Below are positions 58,285-64,000 of a DNA stretch of 64,000 nucleotides, one piece after another. This stretch comes from a virus, in the IMG/VR virus record IMGVR_UViG_3300026488_000011, positions 64,001 through 128,000 of that record. One strand, written 5' to 3'. The stretch's first letter is position 1. Each line of letters opens with the position of its first letter. Below the pieces are notes generated by a model, which ran no database searches, was not told where the DNA came from, and saw nothing but the letters and a program-made list of their open reading frames with translations. The position numbers and the translations under genes are program-made.

Positions 58285-59245
58285 CATATTCTATTCTTAA
58301 AGGCTTAGATTCCAATATTAACTTTTTCCCATCGTATTCTAATATGTCTTGGGAAGTAAAGAAAGTTTGATCGTTATAGTAACCGGACTCTTCCTTGTTA
58401 TAGAACAAGTCTATGTAGACGTCTCCGGCTTCTATAGCTCCTACGCTAAGAGTAGTAGGTACTACCTTATAGGATTTTTTGTCTAATTCTTTACCGTCTT
58501 TTAATACCCTTTTAATCGCTAGTATCTTTGTAGGTTTCATAAAGTCTACATTTAGAACACTTATAAGAGTATCGAATGGAATTGATGGATCTTCAAGGTG
58601 TTCTTCTACTATTGCTTTTAGGTGGTCAAATGTAAAATCTTTAGTGGATAAGTAAGATTTCAATAATTCGTCTAGGAAACTCTTGTTCACACCTTTTTCT
58701 TCGCAATATTCTATAATAGTGTTTTTATCTAGCTTATTGAACGTAACAGAGTATTTTAACCTACCTGGTCTGTTCCTGATCAGCTTAGATATTTTATAGG
58801 GTTCATTCTCTGTTACTAATACTAATCTTCTTCTACCTAATGTGTTGGATAGTAGTGTTAACATTTTCTCTTGTTCTTCAATACTGAATGTCTTACCGAA
58901 TTCATCGAAGAATAACACTGCATTGTCTAATGTCTCTAGAAATGAAATTAGATCAGGACTAAACTCTACATTAGTGATTAGATATACACTCATGCCGTGA
59001 TCTATAGCTCTATTAGCTATAGATTTAGCTATCTCTGTCTTACCTGCTCCTTTTAATCCTAATAACATCACACCGCCTATTAAGTTTTTTCTTTCCAGAC
59101 CTTTCCATATTACATCCCTGTACCTTCTAGCATCTCCGTACAGCTTTTCCGGTTCTTTAAATTTATGTGTTAAGGTGGTAACATAATAAGATTTGGAAAA
59201 TGGATCTTGCTTTACCTCATAAACCATAGGTATATTCATCCACAT
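58268..59245 (-). CDS. AAA+ ATPase
   Basis: Walker A GLKGAGKT, Walker B LFFDEFGK and second region of homology NRPGR; TATATTAT motif at 59271-59284. Confidence 0.88.
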   Translation of the reverse strand: MWMNIPMVYEVKQDPFSKSYYVTTLTHKFKEPEKLYGDARRYRDVIWKGLERKNLIGGVMLLGLKGAGKTEIAKSIANRAIDHGMSVYLITNVEFSPDLISFLETLDNAVLFFDEFGKTFSIEEQEKMLTLLSNTLGRRRLVLVTENEPYKISKLIRNRPGRLKYSVTFNKLDKNTIIEYCEEKGVNKSFLDELLKSYLSTKDFTFDHLKAIVEEHLEDPSIPFDTLISVLNVDFMKPTKILAIKRVLKDGKELDKKSYKVVPTTLSVGAIEAGDVYIDLFYNKEESGYYNDQTFFTSQDILEYDGKKLILESKPLRIEYELVEK

Positions 59246-59325
59246 GTTTTACTCCTTTATGATTATTACACTTAAATAATATATGGTTTACTTTCTCTGA
59301 ATATAACATTAAGAAAGGAGACGGT

Positions 59326-59811
59326 ATGTTAAGATTTTGGAGTTTTATAAAGACTAAAGAAGGATTACTTTCTATAATAATTTTAACTTTTGTAGGTGTG
59401 CCGTTAGTTCTCTCAATATTTAATGGCATTAAGTCTACCTTTATGGATACTTTTGGTATTAAGACAGATAGCGAAATTAAGGCTGAGCAAAAAGTGGTGA
59501 TTGATAAAATAACAGAGGAGAACAGGAACTTAAAGAAAATAAACGAGATTAAAGCTAAGATAGTGAAGATAAACGAAAAGAAAGTGATCGACGAAATAAA
59601 AGAAGAGAAAAAGATCGATGAGTTTAAAATTAATCTGATTAAAGAAGTAGACAAAGAACCAGACGTTAAGGTTAAAGAACAAGTGAAAGTAATAACTAAA
59701 AACAAATCTCCGCAAACGGTAATAATAGATAAGAAGAAGTATGAAGAAGAAGGATTGAAAAATATCAATCTTATCTATCAAGCCTATGAATTAGTAAAGG
59801 ATGTAAAATGA
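59326..59811 (+). CDS. Putative inner-membrane spanin (Rz-like)
   Basis: One N-terminal TM segment followed by a coiled coil; overlaps the lipoprotein gene by 4 nt. Confidence 0.65.
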   Translation: MLRFWSFIKTKEGLLSIIILTFVGVPLVLSIFNGIKSTFMDTFGIKTDSEIKAEQKVVIDKITEENRNLKKINEIKAKIVKINEKKVIDEIKEEKKIDEFKINLIKEVDKEPDVKVKEQVKVITKNKSPQTVIIDKKKYEEEGLKNINLIYQAYELVKDVK

Positions 59812-60128
59812 TTAGGTGTACGTTGTTATTCGCTTTGTTAGCATTTTTTATAACCGGATGTAGTAAACAACCAGAATATAAAATTATCTATAAAGAAAAG
59901 ATTGTTAGAGTATATCCTCCCGAGTATTTAACCAAGGATAATATTAAACTACCTCCACCGCCTAGCAAATATCGATACATTACAGGAGATCCTTTTCAAA
60001 GAGAGAGGTTACTGACTAAATATGTGATAGAATTATTAATCACTATTAAAAAGTATAAAGTAAAGCTTAAAAATATTAACGACTGGAACAAGAAGACAAA
60101 TAAGATATTATCTACTACTGACAAATAG
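59808..60128 (+). CDS. Putative outer-membrane lipoprotein spanin (Rz1-like)
   Basis: Lipobox ITG-C and Pro-rich KLPPPP. Confidence 0.7.
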   Translation: MIRCTLLFALLAFFITGCSKQPEYKIIYKEKIVRVYPPEYLTKDNIKLPPPPSKYRYITGDPFQRERLLTKYVIELLITIKKYKVKLKNINDWNKKTNKILSTTDK

Positions 60129-60323
60129 TCAGTAGTAGTTTTTTAATTTAGTTTTATTTCCATATTTATCAACAATTATGATGTCATTGGGATCGTAATA
60201 ATTTTTTAATATACTCAATACTATGTCCATCCTATTTTTATATTTGAAAAAATGTTTTTTAACAATAATGTTGTTTGCCTTTATCTCTACAGTGTATTCA
60301 AATTGTGAAAGATTAATACTCAT
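60129..60323 (-). CDS. Hypothetical protein
   Basis: 64 aa; SD AAGGAG. Confidence 0.5.
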   Translation of the reverse strand: MSINLSQFEYTVEIKANNIIVKKHFFKYKNRMDIVLSILKNYYDPNDIIIVDKYGNKTKLKNYY

Positions 60324-60332
60324 AGGTCTCCT

Positions 60333-60845
60333 TTATAATACTTTAGTTTCGATAGTCTCGCTACAACCCCCGCCGTCTGATTCTTTAACTGTCCATATAA
60401 TCTCTCTCACATGTTTAAAAATTATATGGAAGAAATCATAAAAGGGAGGGTAATGTAGTTCTCTATCAATAGCATTTACTAAATCAGTCGCTATTGGTTC
60501 TATTATTTTAATAGCATCATTCTCTACACTGTCTATAGAATCACAGGAAACTGGTTCTCCTGTAGGTTCTATCGTAGTAGACCAATATCTGGCTATCTCT
60601 CTGGCTAATATCCAAGGTACCTCTGATTTAGGCTCTACAGACCTAAGGTCTCCAAAATTTAATGTACCAGCTGGCGTGGTTATATCTATATTTGGATTAG
60701 TAGGTTCTGCTGATTGAAATTCTTGGTCTAGAATCCTTTCTAACGCTCTAACTGAATCTAGTCCTCCGTCGTAAGGATGTTGAGATAAAAAGCTATCTAA
60801 CGCGGTCTTGTAATTCTCAGCTGCTCTGTTTTCATCCATAGCCAT
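60333..60845 (-). CDS. Putative virion/baseplate protein
   Basis: 170 aa, directly downstream of the spike gene. Confidence 0.5.
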   Translation of the reverse strand: MAMDENRAAENYKTALDSFLSQHPYDGGLDSVRALERILDQEFQSAEPTNPNIDITTPAGTLNFGDLRSVEPKSEVPWILAREIARYWSTTIEPTGEPVSCDSIDSVENDAIKIIEPIATDLVNAIDRELHYPPFYDFFHIIFKHVREIIWTVKESDGGGCSETIETKVL

Positions 60846-60846
60846 T

Positions 60847-61809
60847 TTACTGTCCTCTGATTGTATTTATTTTATCAATTATTTCCTGGAACATAGATAT
60901 GGATGTGTCGGTCCATCTGGTTTCATAACCTAGATTACCTATATGTTGTGCTGATATTAATTTGTTTAAAAAGTCTACCAGTGTATCCATTAACTCAACT
61001 CCTCCTCCTGTTATAGTAACGCTACCAGCAGTTAATCCATAGTGATTATCGACATTCTTAGTCTCAGTGCTTGTATGTGTGTCTATGGTCTCGCTAGCTT
61101 CAGTTTTGTGGTGTTTAGTATTAATGGATATTAGGTTTGTTGTCTTAACAGTCATTGCGTTGTTGGTTGAGATGTTTAATGTATCAGTAGGACTATCTAG
61201 TTCTATATAATTTCCTTTACCATCCAATACTTTTAAATTCCCGTCTTTAGTGTTTAAGATAAAATCGTATGATGTATATTCATTCCACTTATCACCCGTA
61301 TGGAACTTTATTATCTTGTCTCTGGTATTTATTTCTAGATAATATGTATCTTCTAAAAGCTCATCAGGATCTAACTTAGGTTTGTCGGAAAATACAAATC
61401 TTACTACTTCTTCTTTTCTTAAACTTAAATCATTAAACATTGTTGTCCAGAAGAATAAGTCACTGTTACTATATCTCCATAATAACACCTGCTCGCCCTT
61501 TCTTACATCAGGAGGTGTTAATCTATTATACTGTCCAAAAGAAAACCATTTAGCTCTGATTGTTTTACTTCTGTCTATTTGTAATTTTAAAGTTTTTATG
61601 TCATCATTTTCATGGTCTACTATTTTTACATCAGCTTCTATTTCTTCATCATTCATGTCAGGTCCTACCGTAGGTAATTTCTCTACAGGGTAAATCTCTA
61701 CTATATCACTATCCCAGTCTTTATCTCTTACTACAAAACCTACTGAATAAAATATTAAGTTAGAAGGATCTACTTTATGTAGATATAGATCTTTCTCTAA
61801 ATTATCCAT
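60847..61809 (-). CDS. Baseplate central spike (gpV/gp5 OB-fold plus beta-helix-like)
   Basis: IRAKW...NRLTPPDVRKGEQVLLWRYS, LEINTRDK and DGKGNYIELDS, followed by beta-repeats. Confidence 0.7.
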   Translation of the reverse strand: MDNLEKDLYLHKVDPSNLIFYSVGFVVRDKDWDSDIVEIYPVEKLPTVGPDMNDEEIEADVKIVDHENDDIKTLKLQIDRSKTIRAKWFSFGQYNRLTPPDVRKGEQVLLWRYSNSDLFFWTTMFNDLSLRKEEVVRFVFSDKPKLDPDELLEDTYYLEINTRDKIIKFHTGDKWNEYTSYDFILNTKDGNLKVLDGKGNYIELDSPTDTLNISTNNAMTVKTTNLISINTKHHKTEASETIDTHTSTETKNVDNHYGLTAGSVTITGGGVELMDTLVDFLNKLISAQHIGNLGYETRWTDTSISMFQEIIDKINTIRGQ

Positions 61810-61871
61810 AAGTACTCCTTTATCTCACTTCTTTTTCAATTAAGCTTCTAATATGAATTTAAGGAGGAGTA

Positions 61872-64000
61872 ATGAAGTTAGTAAAGTTACACTTGAAAGA
61901 TTATAATAGATTATCAGTGTCTGGAATAAGAGAGTTGATTTATAAACCAGAGAAAAAAATACAAGTCATACTCGGTACAAATGGATCAGGTAAGTCGTCC
62001 TTACTAAAAGAGATTCTTCCTAACGTGGATGGATTAAAAGAGGACTATGGAGAAAATGGTTTAAAGAAAGTGACGATAGAGCATAGAGATAACATCATAA
62101 ACATTTCCTATAACAGGAAAACTAATAAACACTCATTTGTTAAGAATGGAGAGGAATTAAATCCGTCCGGATTAATGAAAATACAGAAACAATTAATAGA
62201 TGATGAATTTGGTATCACTAAGGAGATAATGGAAATCTTATTATCTACTAATAGTTTTATACAAATGTCAGTAGGTGAGAGAAAAAAATGGTTTACAAAA
62301 ATATTATCGCATGTAGATTATGATTACGCGCTTAGTGTCTATAATAGAGCAAAAGATAGGGTAAAAGAATTACAATCCTTTATAAAATTAACACGTAGCA
62401 AACTTATCAAAGAGGAAAATGTCTTAAAAGAAGCCAGCAATGGTTATGAAGACAGTCTAAAGGAAAGACTTCAAATCCTAAATTCGTATTTAGAAAAACT
62501 GTTAGAAGCTAAAGAGCCTTACAATCAGTTTGATTTAGATTCCCTTTTATCAGAAATAAATCGATTAACACTAGATACAGAGGTTAAGCTTAACAAGTTG
62601 TTAGAAGCAGCTAGTACATATGGATTAGAATTAAGGAACGTAGATATCAAACTTACGTCTTTAAAGACTAAAAAAGATATGCTAGAGAAGAATAAAGAAG
62701 ATCTAACTTCTAAAATGGAAAAAGCAGAATCTCTAAAAATTGATAAAGGTGACAACCTTGAGCAGATTAAGAGCAGGATTAAAGATCTGGAAGAGAAGAA
62801 AAAGGAAATAGAGAACTTAATTCCTGTACGTGTAGATGATTATGGTTATTTGCTTAGAATATTTAACCAAATCTATATGGAGATAGTTGAAACAATAAAC
62901 CTCTTAGAAGACTATAATTCAGTAGACATTAAAGAAGAGAAGGAACTATTAGAGAAATCTAATAAAATAAAGACCGAATTAGAATTATTAGGAAAAAAGA
63001 TTAATAAACTAGAAGCCGAAATAAATCATTTAGAGGAACTTTCTAATCGAGGTAGTACTAAATGTCCTAAATGTGGTTATGAATGGATAGAGGGCTTCTC
63101 AGAGGCTAAATTAAAACTATTAAAAGAATCCTTGAATAAACTAAACGTTAAGAAGCAGATGTTAGAAGAAGAGTATGGTAAGATAGAAGATCTGCTGACG
63201 AAAATTAAAGAGAAGAAAGATCTTCTTATACGGCTTAAGTCTTATCTTAGTCAATTTGATAAGCCCGTATACGACTACCTACTCCATGATGGGTTAAAAG
63301 GACTGAGAGAAAAACTTACGTCTATGACAATACTAGTAGATAAGATACCTCTACTAAAACAGATAGAAGATGAACTACTGGATTTAACGTATAAAAAATC
63401 CATTTTAGAAAAAATGGACAATGAGAAACTTAATAAAATTTTAGACAGAGTAGAAGAGATAAAAAACGAATACAGCAAGGTTATTAAAGAGCTGAATACC
63501 GTAACTGAAGAAATAGATAGACTAAAGAAATTCTCTGCAGCGTTAGACACAGTAAACAAGCAAGTAGAAACACTGAAAAGTTTACTTAGGGAATATAGAA
63601 AGAATAGTAAAGAGATAGTAAAACAGTATAAAAATGAATTCATAAGCAAAGTTATTTATGAGCTAAAAAAACTGATAAGCGAAGCTGAATCAGAGTTAAT
63701 AGAATTTAAGAATGCTAAGAAAAGATTTATGGCTTTGACAGATGAACTTAAAGAATATGAAGAGCGTCTTAAAATAATGAAAGAAGTAACTGAACTCCTA
63801 TCACCTACTAAAGGAATAATTGGTAAGTCAGTAGTGAAGATAATAAACACGGTATTAGAAGAAATGAACGATATTATTAACCGTGTATGGAGTTATGAAA
63901 TAAGGATACTTCCTTGTAATATAGAAGAGAATGATCTTAATTTCAGATTCCCTGTCTTAATAAACGGAAACAGAGAGATACCTGATGTTAGTAAAGGTAG
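61872..64000 (+). CDS. sbcC: SbcC/Rad50/SMC-like ATPase, runs off the right edge
   Basis: Not in the ORF track. ATG 61872 follows AAGGAGGAG. Walker A LGTNGSGKSS, long coiled coils and a Zn-hook CPKCG. Confidence 0.88.
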   Translation, partial: MKLVKLHLKDYNRLSVSGIRELIYKPEKKIQVILGTNGSGKSSLLKEILPNVDGLKEDYGENGLKKVTIEHRDNIINISYNRKTNKHSFVKNGEELNPSGLMKIQKQLIDDEFGITKEIMEILLSTNSFIQMSVGERKKWFTKILSHVDYDYALSVYNRAKDRVKELQSFIKLTRSKLIKEENVLKEASNGYEDSLKERLQILNSYLEKLLEAKEPYNQFDLDSLLSEINRLTLDTEVKLNKLLEAASTYGLELRNVDIKLTSLKTKKDMLEKNKEDLTSKMEKAESLKIDKGDNLEQIKSRIKDLEEKKKEIENLIPVRVDDYGYLLRIFNQIYMEIVETINLLEDYNSVDIKEEKELLEKSNKIKTELELLGKKINKLEAEINHLEELSNRGSTKCPKCGYEWIEGFSEAKLKLLKESLNKLNVKKQMLEEEYGKIEDLLTKIKEKKDLLIRLKSYLSQFDKPVYDYLLHDGLKGLREKLTSMTILVDKIPLLKQIEDELLDLTYKKSILEKMDNEKLNKILDRVEEIKNEYSKVIKELNTVTEEIDRLKKFSAALDTVNKQVETLKSLLREYRKNSKEIVKQYKNEFISKVIYELKKLISEAESELIEFKNAKKRFMALTDELKEYEERLKIMKEVTELLSPTKGIIGKSVVKIINTVLEEMNDIINRVWSYEIRILPCNIEENDLNFRFPVLINGNREIPDVSKG

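Noticed and set aside
3370-61860. Late promoter motif (TATG/TGAA-like) upstream of structural genes
   Set aside because: Candidates exist (e.g. ~3377, ~56437, ~61853) but the motif is too short to support without TSS mapping.
2139-63850. Many 60-216 aa ORFs antisense to long genes (e.g. 5858-6484, 18987-19598, 52204-52854, 59217-59768, 62525-63850)
   Set aside because: They lie inside well-supported genes on the opposite strand, lack SDs, and have the Ser/Leu/Phe-rich composition of reverse-complement frames.
1-64000. CRISPR arrays, tRNA/rRNA genes, stop-codon reassignment and diversity-generating retroelements
   Set aside because: No regularly spaced repeats, cloverleaf or rRNA-like sequence, or reverse transcriptase was seen. 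Long core genes are open under the standard code and end at TAA, TAG or TGA.

Overview
This 64-kb, AT-rich window is part of a phiKZ-like jumbo phage genome using the standard genetic code. Core genes: UvsX/RecA (truncated at the left edge), tail sheath and tube, tubulin PhuZ, RecJ, large terminase, two virion RNA polymerase subunits (phiKZ gp178- and gp180-like), one non-virion RNAP beta' subunit (gp55-like), a tape-measure protein with a lysozyme domain, RuvC, an AAA+ ATPase, a spanin pair, a baseplate spike and an SbcC/SMC ATPase (truncated at the right edge). The strongest result is that the non-virion RNAP beta' gene is split by two back-to-back group I introns (35972-37749, carrying an HNH homing endonuclease in the P1 loop, and 35547-35962, with no ORF). 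Between them is a 9-nt micro-exon (35963-35971, TTC GAC GGT = F-D-G) that supplies the centre of the catalytic NGDFDGD motif. Other leads: a virion-type metallopeptidase fused to a T7-kinase-like domain; an early gene with a degenerate GGDEF domain; an 8-gene array of likely paralogs downstream of phuZ; a 1.2-kb non-coding region with 42-bp and 54-bp palindromes beside terL; phiKZ-type TATATTAC early promoters; and no recognisable chimallin gene at its usual position next to the gp55-like gene. All family assignments come from motif recognition by eye; no database searches were run.
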